A program made the position numbers and the translations under genes. Under the pieces are notes generated by a model, which saw nothing but the letters and a program-made list of their open reading frames with translations, was not told the DNA's origin and made no database searches. A DNA stretch of 32,000 nt from Ruminococcus albus 7 = DSM 20455. GTDB lineage: Bacteria; Bacillota; Clostridia; Oscillospirales; Ruminococcaceae. This document shows, piece by piece, positions 1-8,874 of this stretch. The stretch lies in contig NC_014833.1 in the NCBI RefSeq assembly GCF_000179635.2, positions 120,001 through 152,000 on the forward strand. Direction: 5' to 3'. Each line of letters starts with the position of its first letter. Positions within the stretch are counted from its first letter, which is position 1.

Positions 1-52
1 CTTTTCTGAAGAAAAGCTATCCCCCGATAGGTAATATAAACTTCTATATGAG
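1..52 (+). repeat. Window-truncated copy (C) of the interspersed hairpin-bearing repeat also present twice at 24458-24807
   Basis: 1-25 CTTTTC-TGAA-GAAAAG-CTATCCCCC parallels 24537-24561 CCTTTC-TGAA-GAAAGG-TTATTCCCC, with the same loop and a compensatory C:G to T:A stem pair. ACTTCTAT follows 15-17 nt later in both copies (40-47 vs 24578-24585). Confidence 0.6.
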
Positions 53-78
53 CACCCGCCGTGAGTACTGCCTTTTGA

Positions 79-1161
79 TCATTTCCAGATATCATCACCA
101 AGGGATGATATGTAGGCTGTGAGTTCTTCTGCCATCTCATACTGTTCGGATATTCTGGGGTGGCCGGGTGTAGCCTTGCCTGTACGGGTGAACATGAAAT
201 GCTTTATATGCTCGTCACCGAGTTCATTTGCTATCTCATCGATCGCCTTATCCCATTCGGGATCGTGACCTAGAACTGTGAGCAGGAGGACGAAATAAGC
301 CTTGGGATATTTTACGCGCAGATCTTTGATGATAGTCTTATAGCCCTCTTTCCAGCGTGTACGGAAAGCCGCGTCTGTGATATCCGGATCACCGTCGGCT
401 TCGTTGTGGCTGTCATTCTGTCCTACAGCGAATATGACCACGTTCGGGGTATATCTGCCGAAGTCCCACGGGGTATATCCTTTTTCGCCCTCGGGAAAAT
501 AGCAAAGCTTGTTGTAGGCAGTTTCCATGCCGATGAAATCAGGGGAATGATACCAGCCTGTGTTATCAAATACAGATATTCCGCCCTGGGCTGTACAGTT
601 CAGCTGCGCCCCGAGATTTCTGGCAGTTATAGCTGCATAGCTGTACCACGCATTATCGTAGATGCCGTTTTGTCCTTCGGGGTCTGTCTTGCCCTCGTAG
701 CCGTGGGCTTCAACTACCGCGCCTGCTGATACGGAATCGCCGTACACTTCGATTTTCCTTTTTGGAAGAACAGGGGCATCGAGCACCTCGCCGTCAATAA
801 TAAATCCCAGGAATTTGAAATAGTGGGAAGCATCCTGACGCTTGAAAAGCACTATCTCGTGCTCGGTGTCTTCAAGGGAGTCTGCAAGGGTTACACAGTA
901 CTCTTTCTCCCATTCGCTTTCGTCACCGAAATCTACGCTGCACACCTTTCCGTCTATGACATACCCCAGTGACATTTTATTGAAAAAACGCCTGTTGTAT
1001 ATCACAGCACTGACACTTGTGCCTTTGAACCTCATGCGCACATTTGAACCTGCCCATATAAATACAGGCGCATTAGGATCGTCAAAGTCTATCCTGCCCA
1101 TATAGGACATTTTGTCTGTGGGACTGATAAGCTTTTTTTCTTCATTGATCTTTGTTTCCAT
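79..1161 (-). CDS. SGNH/GDSL hydrolase, CE2-like acetyl(xylan) esterase
   Basis: The ORF track gives 79..1176. SGNH block I is VYGDSVSAG and there is a C-terminal PGHP His block. An N-terminal beta-sandwich of about 130 aa precedes the SGNH fold, which is the CE2 architecture. A GGAGGG RBS lies about 8 nt before the third in-frame ATG (1161, METKINEE), so that start is preferred. Confidence 0.75.
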   Translation of the reverse strand: METKINEEKKLISPTDKMSYMGRIDFDDPNAPVFIWAGSNVRMRFKGTSVSAVIYNRRFFNKMSLGYVIDGKVCSVDFGDESEWEKEYCVTLADSLEDTEHEIVLFKRQDASHYFKFLGFIIDGEVLDAPVLPKRKIEVYGDSVSAGAVVEAHGYEGKTDPEGQNGIYDNAWYSYAAITARNLGAQLNCTAQGGISVFDNTGWYHSPDFIGMETAYNKLCYFPEGEKGYTPWDFGRYTPNVVIFAVGQNDSHNEADGDPDITDAAFRTRWKEGYKTIIKDLRVKYPKAYFVLLLTVLGHDPEWDKAIDEIANELGDEHIKHFMFTRTGKATPGHPRISEQYEMAEELTAYISSLGDDIWK

Positions 1162-1218
1162 AACCATACCCTCCATTTTTAACCTTATATCTTTCAGCGC
1201 TATTCACGCTGCTTCCTG

Positions 1219-1980
1219 CTACTTATGCCATACCACCACATCGCCCGAACTTTTTGCTATGCTTATATCTGCATCGGGGAATCTCTCTTTCAGCAGACCT
1301 TGCATATATTCGCAGAAGATATCCTCGGTGTAGAAATGCCCGGCATCGAATACCACAAGACCTGCGTTGTAAGCATCAACAAAGATATCGTGCTTCACGT
1401 CTCCCGTGATGTAGCCGTCACAGCCCTTGGAAAGCACTTCACCGAGAAAACTTCCGCCGCTGCCGGAACATACAGCTATCCTTTTCAGCAGACCGTCATT
1501 CGCCTTGTCATACCTCACCGTGGGACAGCCCAGTTTTTCCTTGCAGATATCAGCAAGAGCTTCGGCGGTAACACCTCTTTGTTCGCATATACAGCCCATT
1601 TTTGCACCGTTTTCCTCAGCTATGCAGTCGATAGGTGTAAGACCAAGTTTTTTGCAGAGTATATCATTCATCACAGCGCTGTCAAAATTTGTATGGGCTG
1701 AGATAACGCTGATATCGTTCCTGACAAGTACACCTACCACGCTGTCGGGATCGAGCTTTTTTATGCCGCGGAAGATCACGGGATGATGAGTAACGATAAG
1801 GTCAGCACCTGTATCTGCTGCCTCTCTTGCCACATCTATGGTACAGTCAAGGGATAAAAGTATCTTATCTGCCTTTCTGCCTTTATTGCCCACACAAAGT
1901 CCGCTGTTGTCGTAGCTTTCCTGCAATCGGAAAGGGGCTATTTCCTCGATGAATGCATATACTTCTCCTGCCGTATACAT
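1219..1980 (-). CDS. Nif3-like dinuclear metal centre protein (YbgI/YqfO family, GTP cyclohydrolase 1 type 2 homologue)
   Basis: 253 aa. Motifs SYDNSGL, LIVTHHP and DAGHFYTE are typical of the NIF3 family. An AGGAGG RBS lies 6 nt upstream of the ATG. Confidence 0.85.
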   Translation of the reverse strand: MYTAGEVYAFIEEIAPFRLQESYDNSGLCVGNKGRKADKILLSLDCTIDVAREAADTGADLIVTHHPVIFRGIKKLDPDSVVGVLVRNDISVISAHTNFDSAVMNDILCKKLGLTPIDCIAEENGAKMGCICEQRGVTAEALADICKEKLGCPTVRYDKANDGLLKRIAVCSGSGGSFLGEVLSKGCDGYITGDVKHDIFVDAYNAGLVVFDAGHFYTEDIFCEYMQGLLKERFPDADISIAKSSGDVVVWHK

Positions 1981-2001
1981 AATGATCCTCCTGTCTGCTA
2001 T

Positions 2002-2033
2002 AAAAAGACACCTCCGGCATTTTCTGCCGGAAG
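2002..2033 (-). terminator. Intrinsic terminator of the 2047-2760 gene
   Basis: Stem CCTCCGGCA (2011-2019) pairs with TGCCGGAAG (2025-2033) with one wobble. On the minus strand it is followed by a T-run (plus-strand AAAAA at 2002-2006). Confidence 0.5.
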
Positions 2034-2046
2034 CGCCGTACTGTCT

Positions 2047-2760
2047 TTATTTTTTTCCGAACAGACCCTTTTTCGCAGGCTTCTTTCCAAAATCCTTAGT
2101 CGGGTCACCGAAGCGTTTCTTGTTCTTCTCGATATCCATTGTCTTATCGTGTACGCTTGCAGTCATAATTCCTGTCATCTGCTGCATCAGCAGATTAGAC
2201 TCAAACAGCTCAACAGCTTCTTCACAGGTCTCAGCTTCACCGTTCACCATAAATTCCTTGATCTGACCTATATTATTCATGTAGTCCATATCAAGCTCCA
2301 TGAAATCTATCTTTTTCCTGAGCGCTGCCAGATAATCGTCACGCTGTTTTTCAAGCTGCTTTATCCTGCCTGCCAGAAGCTCTATCTGCTCGGTGATACC
2401 TTCATTTACCTCTTTCTGGTGCTCCCTGACTTCGGAAAGCTTCTGGATGTAGTATTTGTTTGTCTGTCTGAATCCGAATATTATTACTGCAACAAAGCCC
2501 AAAAGAGGGATTATCCATAAAAATCCTGTATGGAATGCTGCAAAAAGTATCAGTGCAAAAATAAGAGCGCCGATCAGCACATATATCATAGTCTTATTAC
2601 GTTTTCCGTTAAAATCGTACTCACGTTCCGCTTCAGAAACGTCCCTTATATATATTTTCAGATATTCCTTGTTTTCCTTGCTGACCTCAACACCGTCAGC
2701 TATCTCGAAATATCTGTTGATATAGCATTCTGCCAGCTCCATTTTTTCAAGCTCGGTCAT
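2047..2760 (-). CDS. Hypothetical membrane protein with two TM helices and a C-terminal coiled coil
   Basis: 237 aa. A hydrophobic hairpin MIYVLIGALIFALILFAAF...WIIPLLGFVAVIIFGF is followed by a heptad-like charged segment and a Lys-rich tail. A GAGGGTG RBS is present. No family was recognised. Confidence 0.6.
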   Translation of the reverse strand: MTELEKMELAECYINRYFEIADGVEVSKENKEYLKIYIRDVSEAEREYDFNGKRNKTMIYVLIGALIFALILFAAFHTGFLWIIPLLGFVAVIIFGFRQTNKYYIQKLSEVREHQKEVNEGITEQIELLAGRIKQLEKQRDDYLAALRKKIDFMELDMDYMNNIGQIKEFMVNGEAETCEEAVELFESNLLMQQMTGIMTASVHDKTMDIEKNKKRFGDPTKDFGKKPAKKGLFGKK

Positions 2761-2840
2761 TATTATTCACCCTCTGATACTTAGTTATGAAAAGAGTATA
2801 CCAATACAGCTATGACACAGGTCAAAGTGTATATAGTAGA

Positions 2841-2869
2841 AGTATAACACAACTGTTCTGTTTTGTCAA
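2841..2869 (-). promoter_or_regulatory. Sigma-A-type promoter for the 2047-2760 gene
   Basis: The minus strand reads TTGACA (2869-2864), a 17-nt spacer ending in TGT, then TATACT (2846-2841). Confidence 0.45.
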
Positions 2870-3060
2870 TGATAATATTATTATTTTATTCAATAAAATT
2901 ATAATAGTGTAATTTTTTCTGTACCGTTCCACCAAAAATGCCATTATTTTACAGAGGTGGGTTAGCAGTTAACTAAAACTAATGCTAATATAAATTTTCA
3001 TATAGCCTATATATAACCAGTTAATAATCAGAAGAATTTCTTAAATTCGCTTAACTTCCA

Positions 3061-3089
3061 TTGACAGAATATAATTTTTGTACTATAAT
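3061..3089 (+). promoter_or_regulatory. Sigma-A-type promoter of the ABC exporter operon
   Basis: TTGACA (3061-3066), exactly 17 nt, then TATAAT (3084-3089), set in a very AT-rich upstream region. Confidence 0.55.
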
Positions 3090-3116
3090 AATTATATAGA
3101 TATATATTAAATGTGT

Positions 3117-3225
3117 AGACAAAAAAACGACAACAGGCGACGGATATGACCGTTAGTCTGTATACTTCACTTCAGCCGCCGGCAAAGACAGGCAGGCTGT
3201 GTGTTTGTACGGACTTTTTTTGTCT
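3117..3225 (+). promoter_or_regulatory. Structured 5' leader with a terminator-like hairpin plus T7 run (possible attenuator)
   Basis: The nested pairings are AGACAAAAAAA (3117-3127) with TTTTTTTGTCT (3215-3225), AGTCTGTA (3155-3162) with TACGGACT (3208-3215, one mismatch), and CAGCC (3173-3177) with GGCTG (3195-3199). The T7 run at 3215-3221 lies 33 nt before the start codon. Confidence 0.35.
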
Positions 3226-3253
3226 TAACGAACTTAAAACAGGAGGATATGAT

Positions 3254-4945
3254 ATGTCAAAAGCAAGCTCTATCGGAAAAGCTGTTGCTACTTTACTGAT
3301 CATCGGCGGAGTAGGCTTCGGCGGCTGGAAGCTGTACAAGAATTACGCCGGTCCTGAGGCTAACAGCAGCGATAAGGTATACGTTCAGAAGGTGGCAAAC
3401 GTAAACACCGTCACGGGTGCGGATCTGTTTGCAAACAGCTTCCCGGGCGTTATCGTTTCGCAGAAATCAGTGGATGTAAAATACGACAGCACCAAGACCA
3501 TAAAGGATATACTCGTTGCCGAGGGCGACAAGGTCAACAAAGGTGACAAGCTGTTAACTTACGATACCGATGCTATCAAGATCGAGATCGACACTGCCAA
3601 GCTGGATGTAGAAAGGGCTCAGAACGAGATCGACACCAACAACCTTCAGATAAAGCAGTACGAGGAAGAAAAGAAAAAAGCCAGCGAAGATCAGGTAGTA
3701 TCCTATACAAACCAGATACTTCAGCTGCAGAGCGACAATGCCAGAAAGGAATACGATATAAAGGCGAAGAACGTGGAGATCAAAAAGCTTGAAAGCTCCA
3801 TGAAGAACGCCTATGTTGTAGCACCTATAACCGGTACTGTAAAGGAGCTGAAAGATCCGTCATCAGGCATGAATGATGAATACGACTACCGCTACGGAGA
3901 ATCGGACGGAGATGCTATAATGAAGCTGACCGCCGAGGGTGACTACCGTGTTAAGGGTGTATTCAACGAGCAGAACAGCAGTTCCATATACAATGGTGCC
4001 GAGGTGATACTCCGCAGCAGGATAGATGACACCTGTACAGAAGGTGTTGTCAATGAGATAGACACATCACCTCAGAAAAACAATGATGATATGTACGGCT
4101 ACCGCATGGACGAAGATGAGCAATCAACTTCATCGAAGTATGCTTTCTATGTTGAGCCCGAATCACTTGAAGGCTTCAGGCTCGGACAGCACATCCTCAT
4201 AGACACCGACAACGGCAGCGATGTGGAAAAGACAGGTATATGGCTGTATGCGAACTTCATACTCAAAGAGGGCGACAAATCCTACGTATGGGCAAAAAAA
4301 GGTGACAAGGATGTTATCGAGAAGCGCTACGTAAAGATAGGCAAGGAAGATACTGACTACGGTGACTGCGAGATCCTCGAAGGACTGTCACCTGATGATT
4401 ACATAGCATACCCTGCTGACTATATCAAGGCAGGTCTGAAGACGACTACTAATTCATCCGACAAGGACATACCCGAAAACGAGCTTGACAAGTCAGGCAT
4501 GATGGAAGACGGTATGATGGATGAAGGAATGATGGACGAAGGTATGATGGATGAGGGCGACATGGGTACGTCCGATAACTTTGTATCAAACGAAGACGGA
4601 AGCTATTCAATGACAGATGAGGACGGCAATTTCATAGAGGGTGCTGCTGACGGTTCAACAAAAATAACTTCACCTGACGGCGGTGTTATTGAAATGGATG
4701 CTGATGGCAACTTCATCCGCGGAAATATCGACGATGAAGGCAACTTCACATTTGACTATGACGGTGAAGCAGCTGACGGCGGTGATGCACCTGCTGACGT
4801 AAATGACGGCAAGGCAAAGGCTGATACTACCGAGAGCGAGGAACCCGATGTTACCTTTGAGGAGCTCTACGGCATCTCCGAAGCTGAATTCAATGCCATG
4901 TCCACCGACGAGAAGGACGAGTTCCTTAAAAAGCATTACAGCTGA
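3254..4945 (+). CDS. HlyD/MacA-type periplasmic (membrane-fusion) adaptor subunit, copy 1, with an acidic repeat tail
   Basis: The ORF track starts at 3146, but an AGGAGG RBS 7 nt upstream supports the ATG at 3254 (MSKASSIGKAV). The protein has an N-terminal TM anchor, a lipoyl-like motif ILVAEGDKVNKGDKLLTYD, a coiled-coil hairpin and a beta-barrel region. The C-terminal ~150 aa are D/E/G-rich, with GMM[DE][DE] x4 and DGNF repeats. Confidence 0.8.
   Translation: MSKASSIGKAVATLLIIGGVGFGGWKLYKNYAGPEANSSDKVYVQKVANVNTVTGADLFANSFPGVIVSQKSVDVKYDSTKTIKDILVAEGDKVNKGDKLLTYDTDAIKIEIDTAKLDVERAQNEIDTNNLQIKQYEEEKKKASEDQVVSYTNQILQLQSDNARKEYDIKAKNVEIKKLESSMKNAYVVAPITGTVKELKDPSSGMNDEYDYRYGESDGDAIMKLTAEGDYRVKGVFNEQNSSSIYNGAEVILRSRIDDTCTEGVVNEIDTSPQKNNDDMYGYRMDEDEQSTSSKYAFYVEPESLEGFRLGQHILIDTDNGSDVEKTGIWLYANFILKEGDKSYVWAKKGDKDVIEKRYVKIGKEDTDYGDCEILEGLSPDDYIAYPADYIKAGLKTTTNSSDKDIPENELDKSGMMEDGMMDEGMMDEGMMDEGDMGTSDNFVSNEDGSYSMTDEDGNFIEGAADGSTKITSPDGGVIEMDADGNFIRGNIDDEGNFTFDYDGEAADGGDAPADVNDGKAKADTTESEEPDVTFEELYGISEAEFNAMSTDEKDEFLKKHYS
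4496..4567 (+). repeat. In-frame 15-nt tandem repeat encoding (GMM-D/E-D/E) x4 plus a partial unit
   Basis: The sequence reads GGC ATG ATG GAA GAC / GGT ATG ATG GAT GAA / GGA ATG ATG GAC GAA / GGT ATG ATG GAT GAG / GGC GAC ATG GGT. The units differ mainly at synonymous positions. Confidence 0.8.
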
Positions 4946-4959
4946 GAAAGGCGGACAAT

Positions 4960-5670
4960 ATGGTATTTGAACTGAACAATATATTCAAGGACTATATGCA
5001 GGGCAAAGAACCTGTCCCCGTACTGAAGGACATCTCACTGAGTGTTGATGACGGCGAGTATGTTGCTATAATGGGACCTTCGGGCTCGGGTAAATCCACA
5101 CTGATGAACATAATCGGATGCCTTGACAAGCAGACAAAGGGCAGTTTCATATTCGATGGTTCGGATATAATGAAATGCAGCGACAAGCAGCTTTCGGATA
5201 TACGCAATACCAAAATAGGATTCGTTTTCCAGAACTTCAATCTTCTGCCAAGACAGTCGGCTCTGGAAAACGTGGAGCTGCCCCTGCTGTATGCGGGCTT
5301 TTCAAGAAAGAAACGCCGTGAGATGGCAAAGGAAGCCCTTCGCAGAGTAGGACTTGAGGACAGGATGAACTTCAATCCCACTCAGCTTTCCGGCGGACAG
5401 AAGCAGAGAGTAGCAATAGCAAGAGCAATAGTGAACAAGCCGAAGCTTCTGCTGGCTGACGAGCCTACGGGCGCACTGGACACAAAGTCGGGCGATGATG
5501 TAATGGAGCTTTTTGAGGAGCTCAACGGCGACGGCGTGACCATAGTAATGATAACCCACGAACCCGAGATAGCTGAGCACGCAAAGCGTGTGATGTACAT
5601 ACGTGACGGTGAGCTGCACAGCGGTGCATTCAACAGCCGCATAAAGAAAGAGGAGGAGCAGAGCGAATGA
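4960..5670 (+). CDS. ABC transporter ATP-binding protein, MacB/LolD family
   Basis: 236 aa. Walker A is GPSGSGKST, the Q-loop follows, the signature is LSGGQKQR, Walker B is LLLADEPTGALD, and the H-loop is ITHE. Confidence 0.93.
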   Translation: MVFELNNIFKDYMQGKEPVPVLKDISLSVDDGEYVAIMGPSGSGKSTLMNIIGCLDKQTKGSFIFDGSDIMKCSDKQLSDIRNTKIGFVFQNFNLLPRQSALENVELPLLYAGFSRKKRREMAKEALRRVGLEDRMNFNPTQLSGGQKQRVAIARAIVNKPKLLLADEPTGALDTKSGDDVMELFEELNGDGVTIVMITHEPEIAEHAKRVMYIRDGELHSGAFNSRIKKEEEQSE

Positions 5671-7496
5671 AAAAACTTATAATACTTCTTCTCTGCGTAG
5701 CAGTACTTGGCGGCGGCGGATATTTCGGCATCAAAAAATACAAGGACAGCAAGCAGGAGAAAGTCATCGTAGACGTAGTACCTGTAAACCTGATGATGCT
5801 GCCGAGCGATTATTTCGATTACTACTTTGACGATATTGACGGTGAGATAGTAGCATCGAACACGCAGAGAGTGTACATAGACACGGAAAAACTTGTAAAG
5901 AAAGTATACGTCGAGGAAGGACAGAGCGTCAAAAAAGGCGATGCGATACTTGAATACGATATGACTGTAGTTGAGCTGGAGCTTGCACAGAAAGAGAATG
6001 CCGTAAAGATAGTTGAGCAGGATATTAAAATGGCAAAGAAGGAGCTTGAAAAGATAAAGACCTACAAGCCCTCCGAGGACGCACCTCAGCCGCCCGAGCC
6101 TGATTATCCCGACTTCCCTGATGATATGCCCGATGACAGCATACCTGACGACAGCATACCCGATGATATTGATCCCGATATCCCCGACGGTCCCCCCGCA
6201 CAGCTCATAACTGATGTGGTCAAGCCTGCATTCACACCGGCAGAGGGCGTAGGAACAATGGAGATGCCTTATATCATCAACTGCACTCAGGAAGCTGAGA
6301 TATCCAAGGAATTCATGATAAGAATGGCAAGCGAGAAGAAGTACGCGGAGATATGCGTATACGACGAAGCATTCAGATACCTGTTCAAGTGGATAATCGT
6401 ACCCGCAGAGAAGACCGCCCCCGAAGAGCTTGTAAGCTGGAAGGTATGTGACGGCATAACCATTGACGAGGACGGCAACCCCTCGATAGATACCGATGTC
6501 AAGCACTACGGCAAACTGAGCTTCACTCACCCGACTACCAAAGAGAAGAACGAGGATTCTTCAATGCCCGAGGACGAAAATACCGAGCCTGAGATCCCGG
6601 AGGAGCCGGAGGAATACTTTGAGGACTATGAGCCTGCCGAAAACTACATCGACCCCGACAGCAACGATTATATCTATTCCCGCGAGGATATCAAGGGTAT
6701 GATATCCGACAAGGAGGACGAGATAAAACAGCTGGAACTTGATCTCAAGGGCGCGAAATTCGAGCTGAGCACAGCAAAGAAGCGCAAGATAGACGGCAAG
6801 CTGTATGCTGAAATGGACGGCATAGTAAAGAAGATAGGCAAGGCTTCCGGTGAAGAGAGCGATGAAGAAGAACCTGTCGAGGAAGACGAAGAAGATATCT
6901 ACGAAGAGCCATCGGCTGATGACCGTGCATTCGCTGTTATACAGGGCGAAGGCGGCTCAGAGGTGATATTCGATGTGACCGAGCTGAATCTGCTGAACAT
7001 ACAGATCGGTGATCCCATGACACTGACATCATGGGATACAGGCAACGAAGGCAAGGCCGAGGTAACAAAGATAGACAATGAACCTGTAAGCTACAATAGC
7101 CACAGCTGGGGCGAAAATCCCAACAATTCAACTTACAGGGTACACGCCAAGTTGACTGAGGGTGAAGAAAACTTCTCACTGGATGACTGGATACAGGTAC
7201 GACCCGACAAGAAAAATACCGACACCAATAAGTCTTCTGATTCGATATACCTGCCGATACACTATGTAAGGCAGGAGGGCGGCGACTATTACATAATGAA
7301 AGCCGATGAAGACGGCAGACTGAAAAAGCAGTATGTGAAAGTCGGACAGATAATGTACGGGTATATCATCGAGATAAAGGGCGGACTGAGTTACAAAGAC
7401 AAGATATGTTTCCCATTCGGCAAAGACGTCAAGGAGGGTGCCAAGACCCGCGAAACTACCGAGATACTCCAGCCCGAGAACATGGACATATTCTGA
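5667..7496 (+). CDS. HlyD-like periplasmic adaptor subunit, copy 2, with long acidic and Pro/Asp-rich inserts
   Basis: 609 aa. An ATGA overlap with the upstream stop and a GAGGAGG RBS are present. The protein has an N-terminal TM anchor, a lipoyl-like motif VYVEEGQSVKKGDAILEYD and a coiled coil. It also carries a PDYPDFPDDMPDDSIPDDSIPDDIDPDIPDGPP linker, including a 15-nt tandem duplication at 6132-6161, and a C-terminal beta domain. Confidence 0.7.
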   Translation: MKKLIILLLCVAVLGGGGYFGIKKYKDSKQEKVIVDVVPVNLMMLPSDYFDYYFDDIDGEIVASNTQRVYIDTEKLVKKVYVEEGQSVKKGDAILEYDMTVVELELAQKENAVKIVEQDIKMAKKELEKIKTYKPSEDAPQPPEPDYPDFPDDMPDDSIPDDSIPDDIDPDIPDGPPAQLITDVVKPAFTPAEGVGTMEMPYIINCTQEAEISKEFMIRMASEKKYAEICVYDEAFRYLFKWIIVPAEKTAPEELVSWKVCDGITIDEDGNPSIDTDVKHYGKLSFTHPTTKEKNEDSSMPEDENTEPEIPEEPEEYFEDYEPAENYIDPDSNDYIYSREDIKGMISDKEDEIKQLELDLKGAKFELSTAKKRKIDGKLYAEMDGIVKKIGKASGEESDEEEPVEEDEEDIYEEPSADDRAFAVIQGEGGSEVIFDVTELNLLNIQIGDPMTLTSWDTGNEGKAEVTKIDNEPVSYNSHSWGENPNNSTYRVHAKLTEGEENFSLDDWIQVRPDKKNTDTNKSSDSIYLPIHYVRQEGGDYYIMKADEDGRLKKQYVKVGQIMYGYIIEIKGGLSYKDKICFPFGKDVKEGAKTRETTEILQPENMDIF

Positions 7497-7507
7497 GGAG
7501 GTAAGCT

Positions 7508-8797
7508 ATGATAGAAAATGTTAGGCTCTCCCTTCAGGGAATAGTGAGCCATAAGATACGTTCTTTCCTTACGATGCTGGGCATAATCATTGGTATTGCG
7601 GCTATAATCGCCATAGTATCCACCATTGAAGGAACTAACGAACAGATAAAGAACAACCTTATCGGTGCAGGCAACAACACCGTTAAGATATCACTGATGG
7701 AGGGTGATTCGGAAACAGATTTCAGCTGGACACCCGTACCCGATAACATAAGAGTGATATCGGAGGACAGCAAAAAGAGGATAGTCGATCTGAGCGAGGT
7801 AGAAAGCTGTACTCTTTACCGTCAGAGAGATACTCTCGACAATCTGTTCTACCTGAACAAGAAGATAGAATCCTCGATAATATACGGTATCGATGAGGAC
7901 TACTTTTCCGCAATGGGATATGAGATAGCAGAGGGCATAGGCTTTTCTGACAAGCAGTACAACGACTTCTCAAAGGTAGCCATAATAGACACCAGTATGC
8001 AGAGAGGCCTATTTGAGGGCGAGAACCCGATAGGAAAGATACTCGACATCAACGGTGAGCCTTTCAGGATAATAGGCGTTGCCTGCAAGCGCACAGGTTT
8101 TGAGCCTGTTATAAACAGCGTTGAAGATTATTTCACCTACAACAGTTCGTCGAGCGGACTGATATTCATACCTACCAATGACTGGGGCATACTTTTCCAC
8201 TATGACGAGCCGCAGAACTGTGTGGTGCGTGCAAAGGACACCGACAGTATGACAGGCGCAGGCAAAAAGACAGCGGATATACTCAATGAGAATATTCAAA
8301 AGGCGAGCGTTGACACAGAGCAGCAGCCTGAGGAGGGTATGGCAAATACCCTTGAATACAAGAGCGAAAGTCTGCTGGAACAGGCTAAGAAGCTTCAGGA
8401 TCTTTCAAAGTCCACAAACCAGATGCTTATATGGATAGCAGGTATATCGCTGCTTGTAGGCGGTATCGGTGTTATGAATATAATGCTGGTATCCGTTACA
8501 GAGCGTACCCGTGAGATAGGACTTAAAAAAGCACTCGGTGCAAGAAAGACACGTATACTTGCGCAGTTCCTGACTGAGGCATCTGTACTGACCACCATAG
8601 GCGGTATACTCGGTGTACTGATAGGAATAGGCTTATCAGAGGTCATAGCTAATATCGCTGAGGTGCCTGTATCGATATCCACCCCTGCGATAATAGTATC
8701 TGTAGCATTCTCCATGGTAGTAGGTATAGTCTTCGGACTTATCCCCAGTATCAAGGCTGCAAACCTCAATCCTATAGATGCACTTCGCTACGAGTGA
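7508..8797 (+). CDS. ABC transporter permease, MacB-type (MacB periplasmic domain plus FtsX 4-TM domain)
   Basis: 429 aa. After TM1 comes a ~260-aa extracytoplasmic domain, then three C-terminal TM helices containing the FtsX-type motif TERTREIGLKKALGA. A GAGGAGG RBS is present. Confidence 0.9.
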   Translation: MIENVRLSLQGIVSHKIRSFLTMLGIIIGIAAIIAIVSTIEGTNEQIKNNLIGAGNNTVKISLMEGDSETDFSWTPVPDNIRVISEDSKKRIVDLSEVESCTLYRQRDTLDNLFYLNKKIESSIIYGIDEDYFSAMGYEIAEGIGFSDKQYNDFSKVAIIDTSMQRGLFEGENPIGKILDINGEPFRIIGVACKRTGFEPVINSVEDYFTYNSSSSGLIFIPTNDWGILFHYDEPQNCVVRAKDTDSMTGAGKKTADILNENIQKASVDTEQQPEEGMANTLEYKSESLLEQAKKLQDLSKSTNQMLIWIAGISLLVGGIGVMNIMLVSVTERTREIGLKKALGARKTRILAQFLTEASVLTTIGGILGVLIGIGLSEVIANIAEVPVSISTPAIIVSVAFSMVVGIVFGLIPSIKAANLNPIDALRYE

Positions 8798-8834
8798 TAT
8801 TTACACTGTACAAGAAAAATCTGCTATACATCAA

Positions 8835-8865
8835 AAAGGCGGAGAGCCATGTGCTCTCCGCCTTT
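8835..8865. terminator. Bidirectional intrinsic terminator between the convergent ABC operon and the CAP gene
   Basis: A perfect 13-bp stem AAAGGCGGAGAGC / GCTCTCCGCCTTT with loop CATGT. It is flanked by an A-run on one side and a T-rich tract on the other. Confidence 0.7.
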
Positions 8866-8874
8866 ATCGTTTTA

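Noticed and set aside
3146-3253. A 36-codon N-terminal extension of adaptor 1 (ORF-track start at 3146). Similar extensions lie at 10382, 30682, 30053 and 1176.
   Set aside because: The downstream ATGs have well-spaced AGGAGG-type RBSs, and in two cases promoters that the longer ORFs would overlap. The extensions are Cys/Leu-rich and have no RBS.
5382-6530. A 382-aa ORF on the minus strand.
   Set aside because: It lies entirely antisense to the strongly supported ABC ATPase and second adaptor genes. It has Y/L/C/R-rich nonsense-like composition, no RBS and no recognisable motif. It is a shadow ORF.
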